Shown here one piece after another: positions 1 through 14,259 of a stretch of DNA of 64,000 bases. The position numbers and the translations under genes were made by a program. Location: the NCBI RefSeq assembly GCF_009914755.1, contig NC_060948.1; one strand, written 5' to 3'. The notes below the pieces were generated by a model that saw only the letters and a list, made by a program, of their open reading frames with translations, made no database searches and was not told the origin of the DNA. The first letter of the stretch is position 1, and each line of letters begins with the position of its first letter. This DNA is from the human T2T-CHM13v2.0 reference genome, Homo sapiens.

Positions 1-116
1 CCTACAAAAGTTGGTCTCCAGCACAAAACAATAAAACATCAAATGGTTATGTCTTAGGCAGATCAAATAGTGTTAGGATGACACTTGCAAAACCTTGCAA
101 ACTGAGTCCACATGAG
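1..116 (+). pseudogene. USP9Y/USP9X-like pseudo-exon (C-terminal region), cut by window start
   Basis: Translates [38 protein letters not shown] (one frame break), matching USP9 [39 protein letters not shown]; donor GT appears changed to GG at 117. Confidence 0.85.
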
Positions 117-497
117 GGGACGAGGGGAAGCACCCAAAGGAAGCAGATAAATCTGGGAAAAAGAGAAGTCATTTTTAAATGTGTAAGCCAATGTTTATGT
201 ATTAATATTTCCCTTAAAAATATTTATTTTATTAAATGGTTAACATTGGTTTCTTTGACCTTAAAAAGTAGGTTTTCTTTTGGAAATGACTGATGTGAAA
301 TGGTCTAGAAATTACACAGCTAGAATAATTCAGATTTTTCCCTGACTTATACATCATTTGCAGGAGTTGTGAAGATGTTAAAGATGCCAGCTTTTTTGCA
401 TTTCTTAGAAGTTTATTCTAAATGAAGAAAATTAAATATAAGGTATAAAGTTACTTTCATAATAAAATTGTCAATCTTTTTAAATATTTTGAATTTG

Positions 498-593
498 AAG
501 CCAGATAATCAAGATTCCTTAGATGAGCGTAAGTCCTCTTCAACAGAAGATGCCACATTATGTCCTCATCCAACAGGATTTATGTATGAACAG
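498..593 (+). pseudogene. USP9Y/USP9X-like pseudo-exon (penultimate coding exon)
   Basis: KPDNQDSLDERKSSSTEDATLCPHPTGFMYEQ followed by gtaaaa, matching USP9 [32 protein letters not shown]; acceptor degraded. Confidence 0.85.
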
Positions 594-716
594 GTAAAAA
601 TAAATAAATACATACATACATAAATTTTTATTTTTCTTTTTCAAACTCATTTTGATCTTTACTTATATGGTCTTCAATTTTATTTCCTTACATATTTGGT
701 AACATATCAGCTGTGA

Positions 717-3105
<2,389 letters not shown>

Positions 3106-3420
3106 CAGAAGAAGAATACTTTAAGTGTGGTCATGTTTTATTTTACCCTTGTGACATTTTCTTTGTCAATAGGTACTACCTTGTCCTAGTTCATAAAAAT
3201 TTGTGATATTTCAAGAAGAGCATAAAGTAATTTATTTATTCTTTCTCAAAATGCAGAGACAGTAAAAATTAACCATTTTACGGGCTTTAATACAAAGTTT
3301 ACTAAAAAACAAATACTGATCAAAATATAAATAAATACCATTTATGAACACTTCTAAGTTAAAACGAATATTTTTGTTAAAATTTTCTGGGAAGATTAGC
3401 CACAACAAGAGTAATGCAGT

Positions 3421-3604
3421 CTTCTCTTTTCTTTTCTTACCTTTTTTCTTTCTCTTTCTTTCTCTTTTTCTTTCTTTCTTTCTCTCTTTTTCTTTCTTTC
3501 TTTCTTTGTTTTCTTTCTTCCTTTCTTTCTTCCTTTGTTTTTTCTCTTTCTTTTCTTCCTCTCTTCTTTCCTTTCTTTCTTTCCTTTTTTTTTTTTTTTT
3601 TTTT
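3421..3604. repeat. (TTTC)n/poly-T low-complexity tract derived from an Alu tail
   Basis: Near-pure pyrimidine run abutting the 3' end of a minus-strand Alu. Confidence 0.9.
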
Positions 3605-3880
3605 GATGGTGTTTCACTCTTGTTGCCTCGGCTGGAGTGCAATGGTTGTGATTTTGGCTCACTGCAACTTCCACCCCAGGAGTTCAATCGATTCTCCTGC
3701 CTCAGCCTCCCAAGTAGCTGGGATTACAGTCATGTGCCACCACACCTGGTTAATTCTGTATTTTTGGTAGAGACAAGGTTTCACCTTGTTAGCCAGGGTG
3801 GTCTGGATCTCCTGACCTCACGATCCACCCTCCTCAGCCTCTCAAAGTGCTGGGATTATTTTGAGTCATGGCACCCAGCC
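3605..3880 (-). mobile_element. Alu (S-type, diverged)
   Basis: ggctggagtgcaatgg...cctcagcctcccaagtagctgggattacag...caaagtgctgggatt. Confidence 0.9.
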
Positions 3881-4689
3881 AGGTTAATCATTTAAAAGAT
3901 TTTAGTGTGCTATAACATTTAGCATGACTTCTCACCAAGTTCATGTAGCCAAAAATTGGAATTACCTAAATTACAGCAGTTGTCCAGAGTAACAGCTCTA
4001 TTGCTCAGAAACCTTATTTTTTTATGCCAGAAACAATCAAAGACAGGGTAAAAATGTAAAAAACAAGCAGATTTTAATTCTACACATTCTTCACCTTTAA
4101 TGTTTGATAGCTTAATTTCTTGCTGAGATAAAGATATTGCCATATTTTTAATAGGAATTCTTAAATATTACAACCAATATACATACTTTTCATATGTCAC
4201 AATGTTTGGAGCATGGGAAGTTGTATTTTTTTGTGCTGGGGGCACTTTTGTGGTAGAATTTACTAAGGGATGCTTCTAAAATTTGCTTCACCTAATTCCA
4301 GTAAAGTGCATATTATCAGAATCCACAGTACTTTGAAGCACCATTGTGCCAAGATTTCTGACTGTTTTGCTAGCCAGTCACAATTTTCCTTGAAAGCAGT
4401 AAGTCTCCTAGTTTATTTCTATATTATTTTAAAGCTTTTGTCATTAGATGTAGGGTTTACTGAAGATAAAAGTGCCTTCTGATTTTAAATAATTAATATA
4501 ATTTTTTATTTGATGTAATATCTCTATGCCCCTGTTGGAAACAGTAGGATATGAAGTGTGTTGCATAGTGTGAGGATCAGCAATTCATTTGTTTGAACCG
4601 GTTACAATATACTATGTTTTTATCTTTTTATAGTATATAAGCATTAGCATTGAACACCATGAATGCAAAATGCAGTCTACATTAGTCAA

Positions 4690-5790
4690 GACCTATAAAT
4701 ACACTATCAGGGCTACTGATATTGGTATATTGTAATCCAACTATGTCATGTGTCTTCCTATATGGACTATTGTTATTTGCAGTCTATGTTTCTCTTCTGG
4801 CCTAGACTTAGATTTTGGAATTTCTGTTCCTTAGAAAGTACAAGAGAAGCATATTTAGATTAATCCCATTTCTGCATTACTGCTGCACCTCTTTAAGGTT
4901 GCCACTTCAAGGGACTACATCATGATGTCCTGTTTCTAATGACCTCCCAATCATCCTGCAGAAGATTCTTCAAATGGGGATCAACATGTCCTTATTTAAG
5001 GTACCCCTTAAATTTCTACTATTAAGTGGATGCCAGGATATGATTCAGCCCATTGAAAGTCCGTGTATCACATACTGGCATCTGTTTGAAAGTCCAGTTT
5101 TCTATTGTTCACATGGCCAGGATACTGATTACTGTTTACGACTCATGAATTCAAACAATTGCCTTTATAAAACAATCATTTAACAGCATAGAGTTCAATC
5201 ATTGAGCTAATTTACTCATTCAATCTTCAACTGGTCTTCATTTCTGGTCTCTATGAGAGCCTTGCAACAGGACATTATACACCCACTTTGAAACTGCCAT
5301 TCATCAACTAAGCAGGTTGTTGTTGTCAATAGGGAGCTCTTCAAAGGGCATTGCCCATGTGACAGTGGGATCCAGTAATTCCTGAGGTTATTGCAAACTA
5401 CATGCTAGAAAATACCAGACTGCCTGCTCTTGAATAGGATCATCATCTCATTGCACTTCCCTGGTAATATTTTCCTCTATAAAACCATCTTTTTATGTTA
5501 TTTGAAAGTCTTCTGAGCACTTCCTCATTAGACTGTTTCTTTAATTTGCCCAACACTTTATACGTGTTGCAAGTTTTATAATTATTTTATGGTCTTCAGT
5601 CAAAGAAGCTGTCTCAACACTAAGGCAAGAAAACCTAGTAATTATCTTTCCAATGGCACATATTGTTTCATGGCATCCAGGAGAGCCCTGGACCACAATT
5701 TCCAGCTAATGCTGAAGAGGGGCATGTGTGGCTTTTCTGCCATGTCCTCAGTCTGCCCAAGAACATGTCGCAAGTACTTCTAAAATCAGA
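4690..5790 (-). mobile_element. Ancient class III ERV (ERVL/HERV16-like) pol fragment: connection, RNase H and start of integrase
   Basis: Degenerate minus-strand peptides in pol order: LWSRALLDAMKQYVPLER*LL, PA*LMNGSFKV (WFxDGS), LAQ*/ELYAV (SAQxAEL), ENWTFKQMPV, FKGYLK*GHVDPH (HVDAH). Confidence 0.6.
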
Positions 5791-5899
5791 ATTTGGATCA
5801 CAAAGTCCCAATGTGTAGAGAGAAAGAGGTTTTTACAATTCAGAAATGGCCACATTTAGTGAAATTTCTTATTTAAACAGACCACTATTTATCATTTTT

Positions 5900-6335
5900 A
5901 AACTGATGCATTATAATTTTCCATATTTACAATGTAGAACCGTTATCTTGATACATGCACAAAATCAGCAATGACCAAATTTTTAAATGGCATACTGGTA
6001 ATTGGTATATTAGTCATTTCCGACATATATGACATATTTGTTTCAAGAACTTTCCAAATCTAAACTTCTAGTTATTATGAAATCTATAATAAATTATTCA
6101 TACCTATAACCTCCCTCCTATACAATCAAACTTTAGAACCTATTCTTTCTAACTATTTTTTACACATTAACTAACTCATTTATTTGCTTAATGTCTTTCA
6201 TAGCCTATAATAATCTGTCATTCTATTCTCTACCTATATGAGATCAACTTTGTTATTTCTCACATATGAATAAAATCAACCAATCCTTGCGCTTTATATT
6301 TCCTGGCAAATTTCACTTAATATAATGTCTCTTAA
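5900..6335 (-). mobile_element. Old L1M 3'-end fragment
   Basis: tcattctattctctacctatatgagatcaactt...tttcacttaatataatgtc, typical of L1MA 3'UTR. Confidence 0.65.
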
Positions 6336-7773
6336 ATGAAGTATTTTGCCTCAGTAATATTTAGTTAACTTATTGAGGCTTTTATACAACTGAAATAATC
6401 ACTCACCTAAAATTTACCATAACTGTTACCAAAATTCTTTGGGTACATATGATTGTACTTTGAAAACAGCTCAATGAACAAAGATGTCTTGAAGATGTCT
6501 TATGACACAAATATTGTTCTCTTTTCTATCTTCTGTCTTTATTAACTCTGGATTGTCTTCCAATTAATAAAAATATTCTGATAAATTACCTTGGGGATCA
6601 ACATTAATGACCAAAAAATCAGTAATGCACTCATTTAACTTTATAAATATAAGGAAAGAAGTTGAAACAAATAAAAAACTTGCTGAATAAAATTATATAC
6701 ATTTTGTACATTCCTAATTTTCAAAACACTTAAATTACTTTTTATTTTTTACTCTTATTGCTCAGTTCAAACATAGACTATTATAACTGGGTTTACAGAA
6801 AAGTTATCATAAAAGATTCATAAAATAATAACCTACACTGGAGATAATATAATATAGTAAAATTTGTTCAAGCAGGCAGGAGTAAGACAAATGAGTCCTC
6901 TGCCATGAGTAACTTTGGGGAATAAGTAACTTTGGGGGAATAAGTTACTTAGTCTTTGTAGGATTCTGTATCTTCTTCTGGGAATAATGCATTTTCCAAA
7001 TTACATAAGATTATTTACATGATGAAATCAGAATTATTAACACTGAATAAATATGCCTATTAACCCTAGTTTTGGAAGGATGGGGTGGGGGGCATAGAGA
7101 GAAGCTCCAAAAGTCAAAACATGATTGTAGCCATAGAGCAAAGTACAGTTGCTTTCCAAGTATCTGAGAGGTTTCTTATTGTTTTCGTTGTGTCATAGGT
7201 TTGTGATGAAGAAATAAACAATCCCCAGTTCCTGCCCTAGAGAAGCTCATTGCATAGAAAAAGGAACAAGGCAGATATACATGCCACAGTACAGTAATGA
7301 GACAACATAAATCACAAGCAACCAAGTCCAAAGGTAAGATACCTAATTTGAAATTTTATATTCTGTTTCATCTGCTTCTTGCTGTTGTGATTAACCATCT
7401 CTATATGTGTTAAATTCAACGCCCTAGGGGTAACACGGGCTATCATGTCAGAAATTACCTTCCAACTTTTCTTCCAATAGTGTCTGTTAACCAAGTATTG
7501 GTGAACATCCCATATGAAGATTCTACTAAAAGTAAAGCTACCCCAACTGCAATGCTTGGATGATATAATTTTCTGGGTCTAAGAAAGAGGAAGAAAGTGT
7601 GTGTTTTGTAATGTCTATAAATCATTAAATGCTGGGACACTGGTAACTGAAAGACAAACTATTTCTGCCAACTGAAAGGAAAAAATGAAGACATTGTAGG
7701 AAAACAATTTATTACAGTAAAACTATTCTGATTTTTTAATTTAGTTTTTATCAATATCCACACAAAAAGTAAA

Positions 7774-7776
<3 letters not shown>

Positions 7777-7805
<29 letters not shown>
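7777..7805. repeat. (AAT)n microsatellite
   Basis: About 9 AAT units; only about 3 at the paralogous site near 24548. Confidence 0.9.
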
Positions 7806-7806
<1 letters not shown>

Positions 7807-8243
7807 GATCTTGAGTATAAACATTACCAAAATTTAGGTGTTCCATGTTTACTTATTTGGAGGTGTATCCTAAATAGGTGATCACCACTGTAACCTAATT
7901 TTTTACTGCTTTATGTTCAAATTAAACTTTTCATAGGCAGTGTTATGATAATTCTTAACTAATATTTTTTACAAAATCAGGGAGCATAATTTGAAGAACA
8001 CATTTGATTCTTTAGCAGAAAAAGCTCTAATTTCATAAAAACATATTAGAGAATTTTAAAAATAAGCACAGCTTATGAAACACAGACAATATAAATATAA
8101 CAGTCATAGTTTCTCAGCGATTTTAGCCACATTATAAAAATGTACTTACCACAAATTCTTTTAAAGAACAATAATTGCAGAGAGAAAAACCGTAGCTGCT
8201 ATCAGAATCTTCAAACTATTAGTAATTAATAATTAGAATTTAC

Positions 8244-8506
8244 CTCACTGTTCTGCTTCTCATCTTCAAACAATCATTATCTATATTTTTACCTATGCAT
8301 TCAATTGCAAGAATACTGTTTTCAGTGTGGGGGGAAACACATACACACACGTATGTATATCTATAACATATATATAGATATATATGGCTGCTGGATCACA
8401 GCATTCATATGATAAGTAGCACCAGCATTTTTGAGTCCCGCAAATATTTCTGGCAGGTGAGATCTAACAGAGAGCAGATATTCCCACTCAAAAAGTGCTT
8501 CACAAC
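8244..8506 (-). pseudogene. USP9-like pseudo-exon containing the Cys box
   Basis: ag|..[39 protein letters not shown]...NSILAIEC...DEKQNSE|gt vs USP9 CEALTEWEY...[17 protein letters not shown]...DEKQDNE. Confidence 0.93.
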
Positions 8507-9629
8507 CTGAGATCAGAAGAAAAAACAATGCTTGTACTATGAAAATCATAATTCTGCCCACTCTTCTTTCCATCACGTGACAAATTAATATTGATGACAA
8601 CTCATTTGTCATCACAGCCATTTTGAAAGAGTACTTTGAATTTTCATACTAACAATAAATCAAGTGACCATTACAGATTTTTAACTTCAGACCCCTTAGG
8701 TACATAGTTTAATGCCATCACATCTGTTTGTTTTTTTAAAAAAGGGTTTATTTTAAAAACTGTCTTTTGAATATATATATACATATATAAACTATGTCAA
8801 TTCAATTGTTAAATAAATTAACATACAAGGTGTTTTTAAGAGGGAAACTCTTCTCTTTACATAGATCTCACGAGACAAATAAAGATCTGACTTTTTAAGT
8901 GGTGAGTTTAGCTAGAAACTCCTACAATATGCTAGAAAATATACTCGCCCAGAGAAAAACGTAAACAAATAGAATTTCACATTCATCAATTAAAGATCTG
9001 TACAGAATGCTGTTGTTAACTGTATTATTAATCCTTGGTTTTCTCTTGAAATAAGCTGAATTTTGTTATCATTTGCTCATTTACTTATATTAACTCACAG
9101 GCTGAGTTTCTGTTCTGTGTAAGATTTGAACATTGATACTTACTTTGTTGGACTTATGTGGACATTTAGAAGTAATAAAATTCACTCAAAAGTTTTCTTC
9201 TCACATTATGATTTTTAAAGCCATACCTCTCTTAGAATTTAACTAAAATAACATTAAGTAACTTCGAGGTTTGGGTTATAAAAATCATTTTAATGCATAC
9301 ATTTTAAATATAAAATTTGGACCATTAAATTTGGCTTCTGGATACTCTGAGGTTTCAGTATTTTTTAACATGGGATTCAATAAAACCCACTTTGGTTACC
9401 AACACCAAGTATAGGGGAGCACTTAAGAAATACATATATTTTTTTAAATTTAATATTGTCTGACATAAACGGTTTTAAATATATACCTGATGGCTACAAA
9501 ATGTTAAACTAGTTGATCAAAAGCAAACAAGCAAGAAAACTATGAGTTAATTCCTTCTAAATAAAAAGTAGACTTTCAAAGTAAACTATTATTCCTGAAG
9601 AAAAACAGCTTTATAATGTAAAAATTCAC

Positions 9630-9853
9630 TAGTTGTTGCTTTCTCTCTGTAATATATTGCATTCAAACAGTCTACTATCTTTTTAAGGTTCTTTACACAG
9701 CCAATAGCTGGTGCTACAAGCAGATCAAAACCAGGATTGATGGTAATGGAAGAGGAACAGACTGGAAGAGCTGGCTCTTCTGGCAGTTTTTTTATTTCTT
9801 AGACATTACAGTTAAACTTTTGATGCAGGGAAGACAACAACATCAATTAATTC
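9630..9853 (-). pseudogene. USP9-like pseudo-exon upstream of the Cys box
   Basis: ELIDVVVFPASKV*L*...[34 protein letters not shown] vs USP9 ELIDDFIFPASNVY...[27 protein letters not shown]. Confidence 0.9.
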
Positions 9854-10298
9854 TTGGTAAGTTAGAAAAATAAATCACAGGTTATTAGTAGAAAACATAT
9901 GTTATGAAAAATATGTCTTTTCAAGAAAATACTTTTATGTTTATTTGACATAATTAAAATCTCATTATATTTTGAAACAATTTTGAATTTTGTTCCAAAG
10001 AAAAATCATTTCAAAAAACCCAAGAACAGTCAATGCATGTAATTCATTTCCAAAATTAGATTATTGAAGAAATTTCTAAAACCTGAGAACTTTACCCAAA
10101 ACAAAAATAGCATTCTAAATTAACCTACTTTTTAAATTACATATTAATGGAAATAAATTTATTTTCAATAATAATAAGGCATTAAAGTTACATTATTTTT
10201 CTTGAATTACGAAACATATAAAGAAAAACATCAAAAATATGATATAAAAAATAAGTTTTTGCAAGATGAATGTTTTCTCAATTAGAAATTCAATCAAG

Positions 10299-10575
10299 GG
10301 ACAGGTGTGGTGGCTCACATCTGTAATTCCAGCACTTTTGGAGGCCAAGGCAGGCAGCATACTTGAAGCCAAGAGCTTGAGACAGGCCTGGCCAATATGG
10401 TGAAACCCCATCAGGTGTAGCGGTGCTCACCTGTAATCTAAGCTAATCAAGAAGTTCAGGCAGAATAATCACTTGAAACCGGGAAGCAGGGGGTTGCAGT
10501 GTGCCAAGATTGCACTGCTGTACTCCAGCCAAAGAGACAGTGTGAGATTCCTTTATAAAAATAAAAGAAAATAAA
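10299..10575 (+). mobile_element. Old Alu lacking the central A-rich linker
   Basis: aaaccccatc joined directly to aggtgtagcggtg; same deletion at 27049-27325. Confidence 0.85.
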
Positions 10576-10722
10576 TTAAATCAATTAAGAATTGAGATAT
10601 ATTACTTATTTACTTTTCAATGTAGTTTCTGGCAACTTCGAATTGCAATTACAAAAATGTCTTAAATAAAGTGTGGCACACATTTCAAAGTTACTGTAAC
10701 CTCACCTCTACAAAAAGAAAGC

Positions 10723-11508
10723 TTTTTTTTTATTTAATGTATTCAATTTCATTTTATATTAAGTTCCAGGGTACATATGCAGGGCATACTGGTTTATTTC
10801 ATAGGTAAACTTTTCCGTGATTGTTCACTGCAACTATTAACCCATCACCGAGGTTATTCAGCCCCACATAAATAAGCTATTTATTCTGAAGGTCTTTTTT
10901 TCTCTGCCTCTGGACAGACCAAGTCGAAAGCTGTTCTGTGTGTCTTTAATGTTCAGTGTGAACGTTTAATGATTGTGAACATGGAGTGCTTGTTTTTTCG
11001 TTTCTCTGTTAGTTTTCTGAGGATGATGGTTTCCAGCTTCATCCATCTCCCTTCAGAGAACATGATTTCTTTCATTTTAGTGGCTGCATATTATTTCATG
11101 ATGTATATGTGCCATGCTTTCTTTATCTAGTCTGTTACTGATGGGCATTTGAGTTAATTCAATGTATTTGCTATTGTGATTAGTGCTGTAATAAACATAC
11201 ACATCCATGTATACTTAAAATAGAATGACTTATTTTGAAGGGGAGCTATGTACCCAGTAATGAAATTGCTGAGTCCAGTGGTATTTCTGGTTCTAAATAT
11301 CTGATGAATTACTACACACTTTTCCACAATGTCCATACTGATTTACACTCCTAACAACAGTGTAAAAGCATTGCTATGTCTGCACTAACCCACTACCATC
11401 TGTTGTTTCCTGGCTTTTTAGTAATCTCCATTTTGTCTGGCCTCAGATGATATCTCATTGTGATTCTGGTTTGCATTTCCCTAACAATTAGTGATGCCGA
11501 CCATTTTG
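10723..11508 (-). mobile_element. Truncated older L1P 3' end
   Basis: Poly-T followed by minus-strand L1 3'UTR and ORF2 C-terminus. Confidence 0.85.
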
Positions 11509-11519
11509 AGTTAAATGTC

Positions 11520-11614
11520 TTCTGAAATGAAAGACACATAACTCTTTTCTTACCCCAGTGTGGCCTCTTTATATCTGCTAATCAGCACTCATTTCCCGGT
11601 GTTTTAACACTACC
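11520..11614 (-). pseudogene. USP9-like pseudo-exon truncated or interrupted by L1
   Basis: ttttgcag|GSVKTPG...GHTGVRKELCVFH vs USP9 DDVKRTG...GHLGVTKELLAFQ. Confidence 0.7.
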
Positions 11615-11730
11615 CTGCAAAAGAAAAAGTATTATAGGCTCAACTTATTAGATAGAGAAAATGACAGGATATTAGAACAGCAGAAAGTTAGAGAAAAATG
11701 AGATCTCATATAAAATTTCCACAAGTTTTT

Positions 11731-11898
11731 TCTTTTTTTTTTTTGACAGAGTTTCTCTGTTTTCATGCAAACTGTAGTGCAATGGTGCAATCTTGGCTCA
11801 CTGCAACCTCAGCCTCCCCGGATCAAGCAATTCTCCTGCCTCAGCCTCCTCAGTAGCTGAGATTACAGGTGTCAGCCACCACACCCAGCTAATTTTTT
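11731..11898 (-). mobile_element. Alu right-arm fragment
   Basis: cttggctcactgcaacctc...gagattacaggtgtcagccacc. Confidence 0.8.
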
Positions 11899-12594
11899 CT
11901 ATCATTGTCACATCAAATCTACAGCTAAGCATATGAAGAGATAATAAGTTATCAGAAAAATGAAAAATCAAGCCACAATGAGATACAAGTTTATATTGAA
12001 TAGAATGGACTGTAATGAGAAATAAATGACAGATGTTTTCAAATATATGGAAAAATTGGGAAACTCATCCAATTGCTATCGGGAACATGAAGTGAGGTTG
12101 CTCCTTTAGAAAACAGTCCAGTAGTTTCCCAAATAATTGGATGTACATTCAGCATATTTCCCAAAAATTAAGGTATATTTATGCCAATTTGTATAGGAAT
12201 GTTTGTAGTAGCATTATTCACAATATAAATATTTCCATCAACTCCTGATGTGGAGGTGGACCTAGGCCAACACTACCCTTGCAGTGCATTCGCATCATAC
12301 ATTCCCTTACCATATATCTGATACAATTGATGCAAATTCATTTATTTCATAGTGAAACCACCAAGATAAAGAATTTGGACAAAATACTGGAACTTTTTTC
12401 CATCAGTATGCTTGGTTTAAAAATAGGACAGAATATTAAACCTGTTTCAGAAATCTCAAGCTTAGGAAATGCCGGCATTTTAAAGAAAGGACACTCTGCC
12501 TTGGAAGGAGGCATTATCTTTATCTTTCATGGGTGTTTGTTATACATAGCCCCATTGAGGATAATCTACAGCACAAGGCTGTAAGTCACAAAGA

Positions 12595-12873
12595 GCCTCA
12601 TATTGTATGAGTCCATTTATATGAAGTGTCTGTAGTAGGCAAATCCATAGTGACGGAAAATGTCTTATTGGATACCAAGGGCTTTAGGAAATGGGGAAGC
12701 TGGGATTTAATGGTAATGGGTGCAGTGGTATTTTTTTATTTATTTCAGGTGATGGAAATCTGTATTTAAAAAGTGGTGATATTTGTACACCTTTATGAAT
12801 ACCCAGAATATCATGGAATGTGTACTTTAAAATGGCTAATATGATAGTTTGTGCGTTATCTCTCAATTAAAAA
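12595..12873 (+). mobile_element. L1M (MB/ME) 3'-end fragment
   Basis: tattgtatgagtccatttatatgaa...aggcaaatccatag...ttatctctcaattaaaa. Confidence 0.7.
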
Positions 12874-13129
12874 TGTGTTGAAACCTCAGTGAAAGTTTTG
12901 AGCACTACAAGCCTTAGCAGGAATGTAGATGCAAGTTAAACACACAGATATGTGTTTAAAAGCAACTTAAAAGTACGAAATGGGCCCCAGTCACATAAAG
13001 TGGAAGGGAATTGAACAACTGAAAAACAATGTGAGGTAAACTCAAAATTGGAATTAAATATGAAAGAATGCTTTCTCCAGTCTACATAGCAAAAAGTGGA
13101 GGAAAAGGCCATGTAGTTGGATGATGCTT

Positions 13130-13255
13130 TCCTTATAAATAATGCCTCTAACTATGCCCCTAAATGTTAAATCATTTTTTATAAGAAAGCGAAACTCAGA
13201 ATCTGGAAAGAAGTCAGGAATATCAGCATTAAATTATAAATTGTTCAGCATACAC
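13130..13255 (-). pseudogene. Possible highly degenerate USP9 exon (VVYALLMP...DFQFHFLK)
   Basis: ttcag|gtgtatgct...ttaatgct...gattctgagtttcgctttctta; strand and order fit the other USP9 exons; similarity weak. Confidence 0.35.
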
Positions 13256-13452
13256 CTGAAGAATTTAATTTACCTTTTAATTCTTGTTATACATAAATAG
13301 AATCACACAGAATTATCTAGTTTGTTAATAAAACCAGCAGGATAAATAATTGCTTAACCTTTTATTGCTTCAATCTCCACAGTTTAATAAGAAGACCAAA
13401 TAATAAGTCTGTTGCAGAAATTATGTCTATGAATCTTTTAGAATAGAGATCA

Positions 13453-13775
13453 TGCCAGGCATGGTTAATCACACCTATAATTGAAAGAATACAGGGGGTC
13501 CAAGGCGGGTGGACAACCTGAGGTCAGGAGTTTGAGACCAGCCTGGCCAGCATGGTGAAATCCCGTCTGTACTAAAAATGTCAAAAAAAAAAAAACATCA
13601 AAAAAGAACTGCCAGTTGGGCTGGCAGTCCCCTGTGTTCCCAGCTACTCAGGATGTTGACACAGGAGAATTGCTTGAACTTGAGAGGCAGAGGTTGCAGT
13701 TAACTGAGATCCTGTCACTCCAGCTTGAGCAACAGAGCAAGACTTAATCACACCCCACTGCAGGCCAAAAATAGG

Positions 13776-13810
<35 letters not shown>

Positions 13811-13817
13811 GAAAAAA
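13453..13817 (+). mobile_element. AluS-type element with (TAAA)n tail
   Basis: gaggtcaggagtttgagaccagcctggcc...; (taaa)n at 13777-13810. Confidence 0.85.
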
Positions 13818-14259
13818 GGATCAAATTAACTGCAAATATATCAGGTATTATTTACCCCAGTTCACCTGACAAAAGACAAAAATCCACATACTGATGGAAC
13901 TTATATTTTGGCTTTAGTGGAAAGTAGTGACAATATCTAGTGATTTAATTTTAATTAAGAAGGACAAGGATGGTGGGTTTATTTACGGTGGAAGGTAGAA
14001 GATAACTAAAGGGGATGAGTGAATCAGATGAGAAATGTGGATGACCTGTATCTGGGTGACGCAGGAGAAATAGGGAAAAGTGGTTAGATTGTGAACCTAT
14101 TTTAAAAAGAAAACATGCAGAATTTGAGGATTAATAGAAAAGATGAGATGAAAATAAAAGCATCAAGGATGACCTTACAGTTTTAGGCCTTTGCAACAGG
14201 ACGTGATTACTATCAGGTGAAATGGGAAACAATTCGGGAAGGTTATTTGGAAAAAGCAT

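Larger units (their letters stand above)
6781..10669. repeat. Copy 1 of a ~3.9-kb direct segmental duplication
   Basis: Colinear with 23558-27414 from ttataactggg through a shared internally deleted Alu. Confidence 0.95.

Noticed and set aside
3232-3895. Long K/E/R-rich and F/S/L-rich ORFs (151-183 aa)
   Set aside because: Artefacts of the (TTTC)n tract plus Alu
5640-5700. LLDAMKQYV resembling USP9 LLDSLEQYV
   Set aside because: Flanks do not match USP9; context fits the ERVL pol connection domain
7459-7500. WLTDTIGRK resembling MFS transporter motif A
   Set aside because: Too short; Asp not kept in copy 2; no other transporter exons seen
12280-12380. Possible further USP9 exon ending at a gtaag donor on minus
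   Set aside because: No convincing peptide match
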